A stretch of DNA of 64,000 bases from an uncultured Pelagibacteraceae bacterium. GTDB lineage: Bacteria > Pseudomonadota > Alphaproteobacteria > Pelagibacterales > Pelagibacteraceae. This document shows positions 38,515-49,905 of the stretch, in pieces (the stretch's first letter is position 1; each line of letters begins with the position of its first letter). The notes under the pieces are model-generated. The model was not told where the DNA came from, made no database searches, and saw only the letters and a list, made by a program, of their open reading frames with translations. The translations under genes and the position numbers were made by a program. The stretch is taken from the NCBI GenBank assembly GCA_902530455.1, contig CACAAD010000001.1, forward strand, positions 11,386-75,385, in the 5' to 3' direction.

Positions 38515-39611
38515 TAATTTAATCTTTCAAGGTAAGCTTTATCATTATTTAAATAAACTTTAAGTTTATTTTTAAGTTTTATCTTTTTAATATGTTTATT
38601 ACTAGAGTTATTGAGTCCATTTTTATTAAGATTAATATTAGTTTTAAAAATATAAATATTATTTATCAATCTATTAATAACTAAAAAATTAATAAATGTT
38701 AAACCGGTTTCGATAAAAATACGGGAAAAATTTAATTTTGAAAATGATTTAAATATTTTAATAAAGTCTTCTTTTGTATCCATTTTATCGACTAAAATTA
38801 CCTTTACATTTTTTTTTTTAAGCCAATTTATTTTTTTTTTGTTGTTATTAGTTGTGTAAACATAAATTCTTCTATTAATCTTCTTTTTAAAAATATTCAA
38901 ATTTTTTTTAATTTTTAAATTTCTATCTATTATAATTAAACTTGGTGATTTATGCTCTAAGCCCTTAATTCTGCAATTTAACATTGAGTCATCATTATTT
39001 ATACTTTTTGATGTTGACAACAAAGCGTTATACTTAGTTCTGAAAAGATGAGTGAGATTTCGAGAATTTTCATTTGTAATCCATTTATTTGATTTGTCTA
39101 TTGTATAATAATCCTTCGATAAAGCTATTTTAGCATCGATTAAAGGCAATTTATTCAATTTAAATCTTCGATAACTTTCATAAAACCTTAAAGCTTTCTT
39201 TTTGAGATAAAGTTTTCCAATGGAAATATTACTTTTTATTAATATTTTTCGAGATTTATTTTTACTTCTTTTATCAATATCATTTATTGAATAGAAAACT
39301 TTCTTAACTTTTTTATTTATTAAAATATTGATACATGGAGGTGTTTTACCATAATGCGAACATGGTTCTAAAGTTATATAAACATTTGTGTCTTTAAAAT
39401 TAATATCTTTATTCAAAGCATTAAACTCTGCGTGAGGCCTTCCATTTATTGATGTATATCCACTAGAAATTATACTACCTTCTTTTTCAACTACGCATCC
39501 TACAGAAGGATTTTCTCTCGTTGAGCCTAAATTTATCTTTGCCAGTTCAAATGCTAAAGCTAAATTTTCAATATGTTTTGCTTGAGATTTATTTCTTTTT
39601 TGACTTGCCAT
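38514..39611 (-). CDS. ribD: Bifunctional pyrimidine deaminase/reductase RibD
   Basis: NPSVGCV, HAE and [14 protein letters not shown] motifs; likely start ATG at 39611. Confidence 0.93.
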   Translation of the reverse strand: MASQKRNKSQAKHIENLALAFELAKINLGSTRENPSVGCVVEKEGSIISSGYTSINGRPHAEFNALNKDINFKDTNVYITLEPCSHYGKTPPCINILINKKVKKVFYSINDIDKRSKNKSRKILIKSNISIGKLYLKKKALRFYESYRRFKLNKLPLIDAKIALSKDYYTIDKSNKWITNENSRNLTHLFRTKYNALLSTSKSINNDDSMLNCRIKGLEHKSPSLIIIDRNLKIKKNLNIFKKKINRRIYVYTTNNNKKKINWLKKKNVKVILVDKMDTKEDFIKIFKSFSKLNFSRIFIETGLTFINFLVINRLINNIYIFKTNINLNKNGLNNSSNKHIKKIKLKNKLKVYLNNDKAYLERLN

Positions 39612-40056
39612 GTAACTCATCAATATATTCACCAAATTCACCAATTTCTTTAAAATTTGTATATACTGAGGCAAACCTTATATAGGCAATTTTATCAAGT
39701 TCTTTGAGCTCATCCATTACTTTTCTTCCAATTATACTTGATTGAATTTCTGATTGTCCCATTTCCTCAAGTTCTCTCGAAATTTTCGAAACAATTTTTT
39801 CAGTGGTGTCTGAATCAATTGGTCTTTTTTTTAATGCCGTGAAAAGTGATTTGGCTAGTTTTTCTCTATCAAATGCTGATCTTCTTCCATTTTTTTTTAT
39901 TACAGTTAATTCCCTGAATTGTACTCTTTCAAAAGTTGTAAAACGTTGACCACCCCCACAAGTACATACTCTTCTTCTTCTTATTGCTGTTCCATCTTCT
40001 GTTGGTCTAGAATCAACGACGGATGTATCTTTTTCTCTACAAAAAGGACAAATCAT
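39589..40056 (-). CDS. nrdR: Transcriptional repressor NrdR
   Basis: CPFC...DSR...RRRRVC...RFTTFE; ATP cone; AYIRFASVY. Confidence 0.96.
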   Translation of the reverse strand: MICPFCREKDTSVVDSRPTEDGTAIRRRRVCTCGGGQRFTTFERVQFRELTVIKKNGRRSAFDREKLAKSLFTALKKRPIDSDTTEKIVSKISRELEEMGQSEIQSSIIGRKVMDELKELDKIAYIRFASVYTNFKEIGEFGEYIDELHGKSKKK

Positions 40057-40068
40057 AGAATGTTTTTA

Positions 40069-41370
40069 TTATCCACTATATATTGGAAAATCTGAACAGA
40101 GTTCAATAACTTCTTTCTGTACTTCTTTTTCAATTTTTGAATTATTTTTTGGGTTTTCTGAAAGCCCTTTAATAACTTTTGTTATAAGTTTTCCAACTAA
40201 TTTAAATTCTTCTGCTTGAAAACCTCTTGTTGTAGCTGCAGGTGTTCCTAATCTAATACCTGAAGTAATCATGGGACTTTGTGTATCAAACGGAATACCG
40301 TTTTTATTGCAAGTTATATTTGCTCTACCTAAACTTTCCTCAGCATCTTTACCTGTAACTCCGTAAGGTCTTAAATCAACTAACATTAAATGAGTATCTG
40401 TTCCACCCGAAAATATTTTAAAATTATTTTCAATAAGTGTTTCACTTAAAACCTTAGCATTTAAAATAACATCTGAAGTATATTTTTTGAATTCTTCACT
40501 CAAAGCTTCTTTGAAACAAACAGCTTTAGCTGCCACAACGTGCATTAACGGTCCGCCTTGAAGACCAGGAAAAACAGCGCTATTAAATTTTTTATAGAGA
40601 GTTTCATCATTAGTTAATATTATTCCACCACGTGGTCCTCTCAGTACCTTATGTGTTGTAGATGTTACAACGTCAGCATATTCTAAAGGATTTGGGTAAG
40701 CACCTCCAGCCACCAATCCGGAAAAGTGAGCCATATCAACTAACAAATAAGCGTTAACTTTTTTACAAATATCTTTGAATTTTTTAAAGTTTATGACTCG
40801 TGAGTAAGCGCTGCCTCCGGCAATTATTAATTTTGGCTTATGTTCTAAAGCTAACTTTTCTACATTTTCATAATCAATTAATCCTGTGTTCTCCTTGACA
40901 TCATAGTGTACTGCGTTAAACCATTTTCCTGATTGTGCTGGTTTTGCTCCATGGGTTAAATGCCCACCAGAATTCAAACTCATACCTAATATAGTGTCTC
41001 CTGGTTTAATTAAAGCTAAATATACAGCTCCATTAGCTTGTGCGCCTGAGTGTGGCTGAACATTTGCAAATTTACAATTAAAAAGTTTTTTTGCTCTCTC
41101 TATCGCTAAATTTTCTGATATATCAACAAACTCGCAACCTCCATAATATCTTTTGCCAGAATAACCCTCAGCATATTTGTTTGTTAAAACTGAACCTTGA
41201 GCTTCTAAAACAGCTCTAGAAACAATATTTTCAGATGCAATCAATTCAATATGATTTTTTTGTCTTACAAACTCCTGTGAAATTGAGTTAAAGAGATCCC
41301 TATCCGAGTCTTTTAAATCTCTCTCGAAAAAAATACTAGATATTCTTTTAATTTTAGTTACTGTCGACAT
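40069..41370 (-). CDS. glyA: Serine hydroxymethyltransferase
   Basis: LIASEN, NKYAEGY, GGHLTHG and [13 protein letters not shown] motifs. Confidence 0.97.
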   Translation of the reverse strand: MSTVTKIKRISSIFFERDLKDSDRDLFNSISQEFVRQKNHIELIASENIVSRAVLEAQGSVLTNKYAEGYSGKRYYGGCEFVDISENLAIERAKKLFNCKFANVQPHSGAQANGAVYLALIKPGDTILGMSLNSGGHLTHGAKPAQSGKWFNAVHYDVKENTGLIDYENVEKLALEHKPKLIIAGGSAYSRVINFKKFKDICKKVNAYLLVDMAHFSGLVAGGAYPNPLEYADVVTSTTHKVLRGPRGGIILTNDETLYKKFNSAVFPGLQGGPLMHVVAAKAVCFKEALSEEFKKYTSDVILNAKVLSETLIENNFKIFSGGTDTHLMLVDLRPYGVTGKDAEESLGRANITCNKNGIPFDTQSPMITSGIRLGTPAATTRGFQAEEFKLVGKLITKVIKGLSENPKNNSKIEKEVQKEVIELCSDFPIYSG

Positions 41371-41808
41371 TTAAATTTTTTTAATTCTCCTTTTGTGTCT
41401 TCCGCCTTCAAATTTTGTATTCAAAAAAATTTTAATAATTTTTTTGATATCCTTCCTTTTAGTCAATCTCGATCCTAAACACAATACATTAGCATTATTA
41501 TGCTGACGAGACAATTGGGTTGATTTGATATTATATCCTACGGCAGCTCTAATTCCTTTTATTTTATTGGCTGAAATCGCCATACCTGTTCCTGAACCAC
41601 AAACTAATATGCCTATATCACTTTTTCTTTTAGAAACTCTATTTGAGACCTTTTTGGCATAATCAGGATAATCAACTGATTTCTTCATAAAAGGTCCTAA
41701 ATCTATAGTGGATATTTTTGATTTAATTAAGTGCTCTTTGATAAATTCTTTAATCTCATAACCTGCATGATCAGATGAAATACAAATTTTTTTAAATATT
41801 GAATTCAA
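41371..41808 (-). CDS. rpiB: Ribose-5-phosphate isomerase B
   Basis: SDHAG, DYPD, CGSGTG, HNNANVL and FEGGRH motifs. Confidence 0.96.
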   Translation of the reverse strand: MNSIFKKICISSDHAGYEIKEFIKEHLIKSKISTIDLGPFMKKSVDYPDYAKKVSNRVSKRKSDIGILVCGSGTGMAISANKIKGIRAAVGYNIKSTQLSRQHNNANVLCLGSRLTKRKDIKKIIKIFLNTKFEGGRHKRRIKKI

Positions 41809-42405
41809 TTAGTTGAATCTATTTTCTAACATGCAGGCAACAATATGAATTCTATTTTGCTCACCTCCATTAAAGAAATTATGATATCTTGTATTATTCG
41901 TAATCCAAACTTTTCCATCAGCTGGCATGTGCTTTGCAACGTCCTCTATAACCATTTTACACCCAGGATTAGTTATTATTGGAATGTGTAATCTCGGCTC
42001 AGGATCTCTGTGCCAACTTAAAGTGGATCTAGGCTCTTTTAATAATAGTCGTACTCTTCCTAACTTAAATTTTTTACTTAACGTATTATAAACTTCTTCA
42101 AAGTAAGTGTTTTTAAATTCTTTTGTTATTTCAGAATATTTTGACTCATCTATAGGCTCATCTCTGACAACTTCTTTTCCAGACTCATCTGGTTTTGTAT
42201 AGTATATTCCTCTAACATTGTGACCTTGAATAGAGCTTTCATCACCAGGAATTTGATTCATTGGAATTGCGGCAAAATTTGTTATTCCAAGTGTTTGATA
42301 TTTTGAATTTTTTAAAACTTTTTCAAGGTCGGATCTTAATTTACTAATATCGAAAGTTAGGCCCGGCACTTGATAGAAATCTTCAAATGTTGCTGAGTTA
42401 GACAT
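41809..42405 (-). CDS. Aspartyl/asparaginyl beta-hydroxylase-like 2OG-Fe(II) oxygenase
   Basis: HRD...RLHIPIITN...H.FFN....RIH pattern (HxD...H facial triad). Confidence 0.8.
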   Translation of the reverse strand: MSNSATFEDFYQVPGLTFDISKLRSDLEKVLKNSKYQTLGITNFAAIPMNQIPGDESSIQGHNVRGIYYTKPDESGKEVVRDEPIDESKYSEITKEFKNTYFEEVYNTLSKKFKLGRVRLLLKEPRSTLSWHRDPEPRLHIPIITNPGCKMVIEDVAKHMPADGKVWITNNTRYHNFFNGGEQNRIHIVACMLENRFN

Positions 42406-42484
42406 ATTTATCTATTAAATTACTTTGCTTATAAGGTATAATATTATATTTGTCGCATAAAAAATAATATAAAAAAATTAAAAA

Positions 42485-43480
42485 ATGAAGATTTTAGGCA
42501 AATTTCCATCAACAAGATTGAGAAGAGTTCGCAACTCTGATTGGATTAGGAGACTAATATCAGAAAACAACTTATCAGCAAATGATTTAATTCTACCAAT
42601 ATTTTTAACTGAAGGTAAAAATAAAAAAGAAAAAATTAAAACAATGCCAGGTATCTACAGATATTCATTGGATAAATTATCAGCCATTTTAGATGAGGCA
42701 GAAAAATTTAAGATACCTATGATAGCACTTTTTCCAAATACTTCTAATCATCAAAGAAATCATAACGGTTCTGAAGCACTAAATGAAAATAATCTTGTTT
42801 GCAGAGCTATTAAACTAATAAAAAAAAAATATAATAAATTTGGAGTTATGACTGATGTTGCTCTAGATCCATATACATCTCATGGTCATGATGGAATAAT
42901 ATTAAACGGTAAAATTGATAATGATGAAACTCTAAAGATTTTAGAGAAGCAAGCTTTATTACAAGCATCAGTAGGTTCTGATGTTATTGCTCCTTCAGAT
43001 ATGATGGATGGAAGGATAGGAATTATAAGAAAGTCTTTAGATAAGAAAAAATTAAAAGATACTCAAATTCTATCTTATGCAGTTAAATACGCTTCAAATT
43101 TTTATGGGCCATTTAGGGATGCAATAGGCTCGAAACAAAAATTAAAAGGTGATAAAAAAACTTACCAAATGGATATGAGAAATTATACAGAGTCTTTAAG
43201 AGAAGTTGGTTTAGATATAAAAGAGGGAGCTGACTTTGTTATGGTAAAACCTGGAATGCCTTATCTGGACATTATAAGCCAAATAAAACAAAATTTTAAA
43301 ATCCCAGTTTTTTCATATCAAGTTTCCGGGGAGTACGCTATGATTGTAAATTCGATTAAAAATAAAAGTCTAAATGAAAATGTTGTCTATGAAAGTTTAA
43401 TATCACTGAAAAGAGCAGGCTCAAATGCTATAGTAACTTATTTTGCATTAGATATTGTAAAAAAAATGAACAAATATTAG
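42485..43480 (+). CDS. hemB: Porphobilinogen synthase
   Basis: DVALDPYTSHGHDG, PSDMMDGR, VKPG and YQVSGEY motifs. Confidence 0.96.
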   Translation: MKILGKFPSTRLRRVRNSDWIRRLISENNLSANDLILPIFLTEGKNKKEKIKTMPGIYRYSLDKLSAILDEAEKFKIPMIALFPNTSNHQRNHNGSEALNENNLVCRAIKLIKKKYNKFGVMTDVALDPYTSHGHDGIILNGKIDNDETLKILEKQALLQASVGSDVIAPSDMMDGRIGIIRKSLDKKKLKDTQILSYAVKYASNFYGPFRDAIGSKQKLKGDKKTYQMDMRNYTESLREVGLDIKEGADFVMVKPGMPYLDIISQIKQNFKIPVFSYQVSGEYAMIVNSIKNKSLNENVVYESLISLKRAGSNAIVTYFALDIVKKMNKY

Positions 43481-44145
43481 GAAAAACAATTTTCAAAAAA
43501 TACCCTGGACTTGGGCATGTACAAATTATTAGGTAAAAAAAATTTATTTAGCATCAAATTCCGGGTAAAAGATAAAGCGTGATTTACAATTTCTTTTGAG
43601 TAAATTTCAGGTATTTTGCCATTAATTATAAACTTTGGAACTTTATATGAAATATTATCTATGTTTATAGATAAGATATCTTTTGATGAACTTATTTGGT
43701 CAGTTGTAAATCCGAAACCTAATTCCTTAATAAGATTAACTTCCCAAAATGAATAAATTAAAGGCCAACTTTTATTGTCTAAATTTCTTATTAAATTATC
43801 TAATGATAAATAAATATTATTATGTGGTTCTTCATCTGGTAATAAAGAATTAAGTAAGTCCGCAATAGATAAAATTAGGTAAGACCTTTTTTTATCATTA
43901 AAATATCTTGGACTAATGGCTTCAATAATTTCAGTTTTTAAATAACCTAATTTATTACGATTTTTTGTACTATGTATAAAAAAAATTTTATTTCCTACTT
44001 GCAAGTAATTTTTAATTTTTCTAGATGTACCTCCATAAACTATTCCTGAAATTTTGCCGTGTGTTTTAGTAAAAGCACTAATTATAATAGCATTTTCCCG
44101 AAATTTTTTTTTACTTAATAAATAACCTTCATCTTCCCAGTTCAT
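43477..44145 (-). CDS. recO: DNA repair protein RecO
   Basis: MNWEDEGYLL...FTKTHG...ELGFG; follows rnc. Confidence 0.88.
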   Translation of the reverse strand: MNWEDEGYLLSKKKFRENAIIISAFTKTHGKISGIVYGGTSRKIKNYLQVGNKIFFIHSTKNRNKLGYLKTEIIEAISPRYFNDKKRSYLILSIADLLNSLLPDEEPHNNIYLSLDNLIRNLDNKSWPLIYSFWEVNLIKELGFGFTTDQISSSKDILSINIDNISYKVPKFIINGKIPEIYSKEIVNHALSFTRNLMLNKFFLPNNLYMPKSRVFFENCFS

Positions 44146-44807
44146 ATTTTTAAATCTTCAATTAATTTTTTTGCTGCATTTTGTTGCGCGTCTTTTTTTG
44201 ATGATCCGTTTGCAGTTATCATTTTTGAATTAGGTGTTTTTACTGTGACTTTAAAAATTGGTTTATGATGTGGCCCAGATGTTTTTATTAAAGTATAAGT
44301 TGGAAGTTTTTTAAATTTTTTAAGACTATATTCTTGTAATTTTGTTTTTGAATCAACGATTGTTAAATCAGACTGCTTGAGAGAAGAATCCCAATACTTT
44401 AAAATAAATTTCTCTGCATTTTTTAAATTACCATCTACAAAAATTGCTCCGATAAGCGCCTCTAGACAATCCCCAGTAATTTTTTCATTTTTGTGCTCAT
44501 TTTTTTTATAATTTGAACCTAATAACATATATTTTTTTAAATTGAGTGTATTAGCAATTTCTGAACATTTTTTTTTGTTAACGAGATTTGCATATTTTTT
44601 ATCAATCACACCCTCTTTCTCGTAAGGGTATTTAGTTATTAAATTTTTTGAAATTACTAGTCCCAAAACTCTATCTCCTAAAAATTCAAGTTTTTCATTA
44701 TTGATATTTTCATCATAGCTTTTGTGGGTTAAACACCGTGTCAATAGGTCTTGAGAATTAAATTTGTATTTAATAGCCTCCTCTAAATCTTTTAATCTAC
44801 TTATCAT
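44142..44807 (-). CDS. rnc: Ribonuclease III
   Basis: NEKLEFLGDRVL and DCLEALIGA motifs; dsRBD KTKLQEY. Confidence 0.96.
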   Translation of the reverse strand: MISRLKDLEEAIKYKFNSQDLLTRCLTHKSYDENINNEKLEFLGDRVLGLVISKNLITKYPYEKEGVIDKKYANLVNKKKCSEIANTLNLKKYMLLGSNYKKNEHKNEKITGDCLEALIGAIFVDGNLKNAEKFILKYWDSSLKQSDLTIVDSKTKLQEYSLKKFKKLPTYTLIKTSGPHHKPIFKVTVKTPNSKMITANGSSKKDAQQNAAKKLIEDLKI

Positions 44808-45541
44808 AATTTTTTAAATGTTCTTTTAAATCTAAAAGAGTCTTTCCAATTCCAAAATTTAAAAACACTGCCCTTTAATGTATCATTTGAAAAAAAAATT
44901 AGTTCTGCTTTTCCAACTAAATTTAACTTATTTACATAGCCTACTTCGGATAAAAATCTGCTATCCTTTGAACAGTCTCTATTATCACCTAGTAAAAAAT
45001 AATTGTCATCTGGTACTTTATACACATCTGTATTTTGAAGTGTTCCGACACTGTTATAGACGGCTTTATATTTTACTCCATTTGGTAATGTTTCCTCATA
45101 AATTTTTACAGGAAAATTTATTTTACCACATCTAATACTCATACTTTCATCTATTTGATTTTTTATTATTTTCTTTTTATTTAAATAAATATCTCCATTT
45201 ATAAATTGTAGGGTATCACCCGGCTTGCCTATTAATCTTTTAATGTAATCAGTTCTATTGTCTGAGGGTGTTTTAAAGACAACTAGATCTCCTCTTTGTG
45301 GCTCTTTAAAAAATATTCTTTTTTTATATACGGGTGGACTAAATGGAAATGAATGTTTGCTATAACCATAAGCGAATTTAGAAACAAACAATCTATCGCC
45401 AACAAGCAAAGTTGGTTCCATTGATGAGGATGGAATATAAAAAGGCTGATACAACAAAGATCTTAAAAGTACAGCAATAATAAGAGCATAGATAAGAGTT
45501 TTGATATTATCTATTACAGCATTTTTTATATTTTTTTTCAT
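44804..45541 (-). CDS. lepB: Signal peptidase I
   Basis: IPSSSMEPTL, YIKRLIG and GDNRDCSKDSR motifs. Confidence 0.96.
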   Translation of the reverse strand: MKKNIKNAVIDNIKTLIYALIIAVLLRSLLYQPFYIPSSSMEPTLLVGDRLFVSKFAYGYSKHSFPFSPPVYKKRIFFKEPQRGDLVVFKTPSDNRTDYIKRLIGKPGDTLQFINGDIYLNKKKIIKNQIDESMSIRCGKINFPVKIYEETLPNGVKYKAVYNSVGTLQNTDVYKVPDDNYFLLGDNRDCSKDSRFLSEVGYVNKLNLVGKAELIFFSNDTLKGSVFKFWNWKDSFRFKRTFKKL

Positions 45542-45921
45542 ATTGAAATTGTAACAAATGCAACAGCGTAATCTTTTTCGTCAGCAATAGACAAAGAGAT
45601 TTTGTATATTTTTTTTTTTAGTTTTCTCTCGACAATTTTTTTTGTCTTATTAATCAATTTTATATATGGTTTACCAGATTTTTCATTTAAAACGACGATT
45701 TCATTGAAACTAATACCTTTAGATATACCTGTTCCTAAAGCTTTTGAGAATGCCTCTTTAGCAGCAAATCTTTTTGCAAAACAATTAGAATTTAAATTAC
45801 TTCTTTTACACTTTAAAATTTCTTCCTTGCTGTATATTCTTGATAAAAATGGTTTTTTGTTAAGAGATTTTTTTAATCTATTTACTTGTATTATATCAGT
45901 GCCAACACCGAATAGTTTCAT
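45538..45921 (-). CDS. acpS: Holo-ACP synthase
   Basis: GVGTDI, RFAAKEAFSKALGTG and GKP motifs. Confidence 0.95.
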   Translation of the reverse strand: MKLFGVGTDIIQVNRLKKSLNKKPFLSRIYSKEEILKCKRSNLNSNCFAKRFAAKEAFSKALGTGISKGISFNEIVVLNEKSGKPYIKLINKTKKIVERKLKKKIYKISLSIADEKDYAVAFVTISI

Positions 45922-46646
45922 TTATGCAAAATCCTTTTAAATTTTATAATAGTTTTGCTTAAACCTTCAAAAATTGATTCTCCAATTAGAAAATGTCCAA
46001 TATTAAATTCTTTAATTCCTTTGACTTTTTTTAGTATTTTAGCAGATTTAAATGTCAGACCATGGCCTGCATGTACCTCTAAACCTAATTTGTTACCCAA
46101 TACTACAGCTTTTTTAATCTTATTAAGTTCGTAATTGAAATTTTTATTGTCGTTAACAAGATTGCAAAATCTTCCTGTATGAATTTCCACACAATCAGCA
46201 TTTAATTCTTGTGATTTTTTAACATCTTGGATGCTAGGTTCAATAAATAAACTCACTCTGAATCTATTTTTTTTTAGTTTTTTTATCAATTTATTTAAAA
46301 ACCTGTTCCTATAGCTTAAATTTAAACCACCTTCTGTAGTTAATTCTTGCCTTTTCTCTGGAACGATACAAATAAAATCTGGTTTGCTTTTTAAAGCTAT
46401 TTTAAGCATTTCGTTCGTAGCGGCTATTTCTAGATTAAGTGGAATTTTTAATTTTGATTTAATTTCTTTAAGATCGAATTCTCTTATATGACGTCTATCT
46501 TCTCTTAAATGTATTGTAACAGACTCAGCCCCACTCTTCTGAGCCAATAAAGCTGCTCTCAAAGGACTAGGATAATCTTCACCTCTTGCGTTTCTTACAG
46601 TTGCAACATGGTCTATATTTACTCCAAGTCTGATTTTGCTCATCAA
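45918..46646 (-). CDS. pdxJ: Pyridoxine 5'-phosphate synthase
   Basis: LGVNIDHVATVRNAR, HLREDRRHI and HAGHGL motifs. Confidence 0.96.
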   Translation of the reverse strand: MMSKIRLGVNIDHVATVRNARGEDYPSPLRAALLAQKSGAESVTIHLREDRRHIREFDLKEIKSKLKIPLNLEIAATNEMLKIALKSKPDFICIVPEKRQELTTEGGLNLSYRNRFLNKLIKKLKKNRFRVSLFIEPSIQDVKKSQELNADCVEIHTGRFCNLVNDNKNFNYELNKIKKAVVLGNKLGLEVHAGHGLTFKSAKILKKVKGIKEFNIGHFLIGESIFEGLSKTIIKFKRILHK

Positions 46647-47224
46647 AGATTTCTACTTCCAGGTTTAACTGCTTTAAGATCTGATAAGCTACTTGGTAAA
46701 TTTTCCTCTGTGTATGTTGGAATATTTAAATCAACTTGTGAAACGATTTTTCCTTTTAAAGAAGATTTTCCATTGGACCTGTTAATCAAACATGCATATC
46801 CAACAATATTTGCTTCGTTATCTAATACTAGTTTTGAACATTCTAAACTTGATTTTCCTGTGGTAATAACATCTTCTACAATTAAAACTTTTTGATCTTT
46901 TTTTATTAAAAAATCTCTTCTTAGTTTAAATTCTCCATTTACTCTTTCGGAAAAAATAGTCTCTTTATTTAATAATCTACCAATCTCATAGCCAATTACA
47001 ATGCCTCCCATAGCAGGAGATAATATAATGTCAAATTCTTTAAATTCACTATTAATTTTTTCTGAGAGAGACTCACAAATCTTTTTTGCTTTGTCTGGTT
47101 TGCTCATTAATTGAGCACATTGAACGTATTGTGGGCTGTGTAATCCTGAAGATAATATAAAATGACCCTCTATAAGGGCATTAGCTTCTTTTAAAATTTT
47201 CAAAGATTCTTTGTAAGAAAGCAT
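46643..47224 (-). CDS. pyrE: Orotate phosphoribosyltransferase
   Basis: GHFILSSGLHS and VEDVITTGKS PRPP motifs. Confidence 0.95.
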   Translation of the reverse strand: MLSYKESLKILKEANALIEGHFILSSGLHSPQYVQCAQLMSKPDKAKKICESLSEKINSEFKEFDIILSPAMGGIVIGYEIGRLLNKETIFSERVNGEFKLRRDFLIKKDQKVLIVEDVITTGKSSLECSKLVLDNEANIVGYACLINRSNGKSSLKGKIVSQVDLNIPTYTEENLPSSLSDLKAVKPGSRNL

Positions 47225-48926
47225 TTTTTTTATTTTTATGTCTAACTATTTTAAATTTATAATCTTTTTGCTTAATCTGACTTATCAAGTTTGTAAAATT
47301 TTTCAAATCTTTAATTTGAATATCGAAAGAAAATTGTAAATAATCTTCTTTTCTTTTTAAAAGTTCAATATTTACAATATTGCTTTTGTTGAGACCAATT
47401 AAAGTACTTATTTCACCTAAAACACCAGGATTGTGGGGCAAGTCAATTATTAAAGATGTATTATAAACTTTTTCCTCGTCCTGTTGTTTATTACGCCTAC
47501 CTTGCCAATATCTTCTTATTGAAGCACGTGCCTTTCCAGTTTTTGAAGATGACAGCCAATGTAAAGAGGGTGAAACATTCGAAGATGTAAGAATTTTAAC
47601 CATATCACCATTTTTAAGTATCGTTTGTACTGGCATTTCTTTTCCATTAATTTCACATCCTATAGCTGTATCGCCAACTTTAGTGTGAACAGCATAAGCA
47701 AAGTCTATTGGGGTACCATTTTTAGGTAATTTAATTACTGCTCCTTTTGGTGTAAAACAAAAAACGTTATCTTGAAACATTTGTAATTTTGTAAATTCAT
47801 AATAATGCTCAGGACTATTTCCTGTTTCAATAATTTCAACTAAATCTCTTAGCCAATCATATTCTTTCCAAGAAAGTTCTGAAAATTTTTCTGAAGATTT
47901 ATATTTCCAATGAGATGCAATACCTCTTTCAGCGAACTCATGCATTTCATAAGTTCTTATTTGTACTTCAATTCTTTGTTTATATGGACCTATTAAAGCA
48001 GTATGGATAGATTTATACTTATTGATTTTAGGTGTAGAGATATAATCTTTAAATTTTCCTGGAATTGCAGAGTATTTAGAATGTAAAATACCAAGAGTTT
48101 TATAACAATCCTCAACAGAATTTAATAAAATTCTAAAACCTACAATGTCAGTCAATTGTTCTAAAGATATTTTTTTGTTTTGCATCTTACGCCAAATTGA
48201 AAAAGGGGTTTTTTCCCTCCCTGCTATTTTAGCCGTGACTCCATTTTCTTTTAGTAGATTTATTAAGTCTACTGAAATTATTTTAAAATTATCATCTCTA
48301 TTGTTTTTAATAAATTTAAGTCTCTCTTGTATCAAATCCCTTGCTTTCTTATTTAAAATTTCAAAAGATAAATCTTCCAACTCATCTCGTATCCTATTCA
48401 TTCCCATTCTATCTGCTAAAGGTGCATAAATTTCCATGGTCTCCTTAGCTTTTCGCACCATTTTTTCTTTACCTTTAACAAATTTGATAGTTCTCATGTT
48501 ATGTAGTCTGTCTGCTAATTTTACTAATAAAACACGGATATCTTTAGAAGTTGCTAAAATTAACTTTCTAAAATTTTCAGCTTTAGAGTCACTTGAAGCT
48601 TTATCTTCAAGAGCAGAGATTTTAGTAACTCCATCAACTAAATTTGCAACCTCTTCGCCAAATTCTTTTTTAACTGTTTCATAAGTTACCTTAGTATCTT
48701 CGATTGTGTCATGTAACAATCCAGTAGTAATAGTTGCGCTATCAAGTTTCAAATCTGTGAGAATTTTTGCTACAGCCACTGGGTGAATAATGTATGGAAC
48801 GCCTTCATCTCTTTTTTGGTTTTTATGAGCATCAATTGCAAATTTAAATGCCTTATTTAGTGAGTCATGATTAAGAAATTTATTATAAGACTTAATTTCA
48901 TTTATTAATTCATTGTTATTAATCAT
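47181..48926 (-). CDS. spoT: Bifunctional (p)ppGpp synthase/hydrolase (Rel/SpoT)
   Basis: HDTIED, KLADRLHNMRT, EVQIRT, TGS (DFAYAVHT) and terminal ACT domain. Confidence 0.94.
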   Translation of the reverse strand: MINNNELINEIKSYNKFLNHDSLNKAFKFAIDAHKNQKRDEGVPYIIHPVAVAKILTDLKLDSATITTGLLHDTIEDTKVTYETVKKEFGEEVANLVDGVTKISALEDKASSDSKAENFRKLILATSKDIRVLLVKLADRLHNMRTIKFVKGKEKMVRKAKETMEIYAPLADRMGMNRIRDELEDLSFEILNKKARDLIQERLKFIKNNRDDNFKIISVDLINLLKENGVTAKIAGREKTPFSIWRKMQNKKISLEQLTDIVGFRILLNSVEDCYKTLGILHSKYSAIPGKFKDYISTPKINKYKSIHTALIGPYKQRIEVQIRTYEMHEFAERGIASHWKYKSSEKFSELSWKEYDWLRDLVEIIETGNSPEHYYEFTKLQMFQDNVFCFTPKGAVIKLPKNGTPIDFAYAVHTKVGDTAIGCEINGKEMPVQTILKNGDMVKILTSSNVSPSLHWLSSSKTGKARASIRRYWQGRRNKQQDEEKVYNTSLIIDLPHNPGVLGEISTLIGLNKSNIVNIELLKRKEDYLQFSFDIQIKDLKNFTNLISQIKQKDYKFKIVRHKNKKNAFLQRIFENFKRS

Positions 48927-49438
48927 TAATTCAATATATCACTTTTAATAAGTCTTGTAATCTCATTATGAGAATTTTTATCTAATTCTTTAAAAAAACT
49001 ATCTATATTTTTATTATATATTGGATGAAACCAATTAGGTTCAATCTCTTTTAAAGGGTAAATTACAAAATTTCTTAAATGTAGCCTCGGGTGTGGTGTT
49101 TCTAGTTCTTCGTTTTTAATAATTTTACCGTTAAAATCGATTATATCTATATCACATGTTCTTGGCTCATTCTTTTTAATACGAGTTCTTCCGAGTTTTT
49201 TTTCAATTTTTTTTATTTCATTGAGTAATTCAATTGCTTTAAGGTTGCTTTCAAATTTGACACATAGATTTATAAATTTTGGATCTGAATTATTTGGGTA
49301 CGATGGAGTTTCATAAAAACTCGATATTTTTAATATATTTAAATTTAATTTTTTTAAGTGGTTTATTGCTTTTAATATATTGGTTTCTCTACCTCCATCC
49401 TCGATAGGAAGATTTGACCCTATATTTAAATAAATCAT
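48926..49438 (-). CDS. folK: 2-amino-4-hydroxy-6-hydroxymethyldihydropteridine diphosphokinase
   Basis: [14 protein letters not shown] and [11 protein letters not shown] motifs. Confidence 0.95.
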   Translation of the reverse strand: MIYLNIGSNLPIEDGGRETNILKAINHLKKLNLNILKISSFYETPSYPNNSDPKFINLCVKFESNLKAIELLNEIKKIEKKLGRTRIKKNEPRTCDIDIIDFNGKIIKNEELETPHPRLHLRNFVIYPLKEIEPNWFHPIYNKNIDSFFKELDKNSHNEITRLIKSDILN

Positions 49439-49905
49439 TTGTTTTTTCTACTAAAAATTTTTGCTTTTTCTCTCTGCCAATCTCTTTTTTTCTTAACTAA
49501 TCTTTTATCATATAATTTTTTTCCTTTACCTACGGCTACTTGAATTTTTGCTCTTCCCTTATAAAAATACATTTTTGTTGGCACGATAGTCATTCCTTCC
49601 TGATTAATTCTACCAATAAGAGTATTAATTTGTTTTTTTGAAAGTAGTAATTTTCTCTCTCTTTTTGGATCGTGATTATTGTATGAAGATTGCTTATACA
49701 ATGGAATATGTGAATTAATTAAAAATATTTCACCTCCTATGTCTACGGCATAAGAGTCGGCTATACTTCCTTTGCCTATTCGTAATGATTTAACTTCAGA
49801 TCCTTTTAATACAATTCCAGCTTCATACAATTCTTTAAAATAATAATTAAAACTTGCTTTGCGGTTTAGGCAAATTATTTTTTGAGAAACATTTTTTGAT
49901 TTCAT
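49435..49905 (-). CDS. smpB: SsrA-binding protein
   Basis: [19 protein letters not shown] and [10 protein letters not shown] motifs. Confidence 0.96.
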   Translation of the reverse strand: MKSKNVSQKIICLNRKASFNYYFKELYEAGIVLKGSEVKSLRIGKGSIADSYAVDIGGEIFLINSHIPLYKQSSYNNHDPKRERKLLLSKKQINTLIGRINQEGMTIVPTKMYFYKGRAKIQVAVGKGKKLYDKRLVKKKRDWQREKAKIFSRKNK

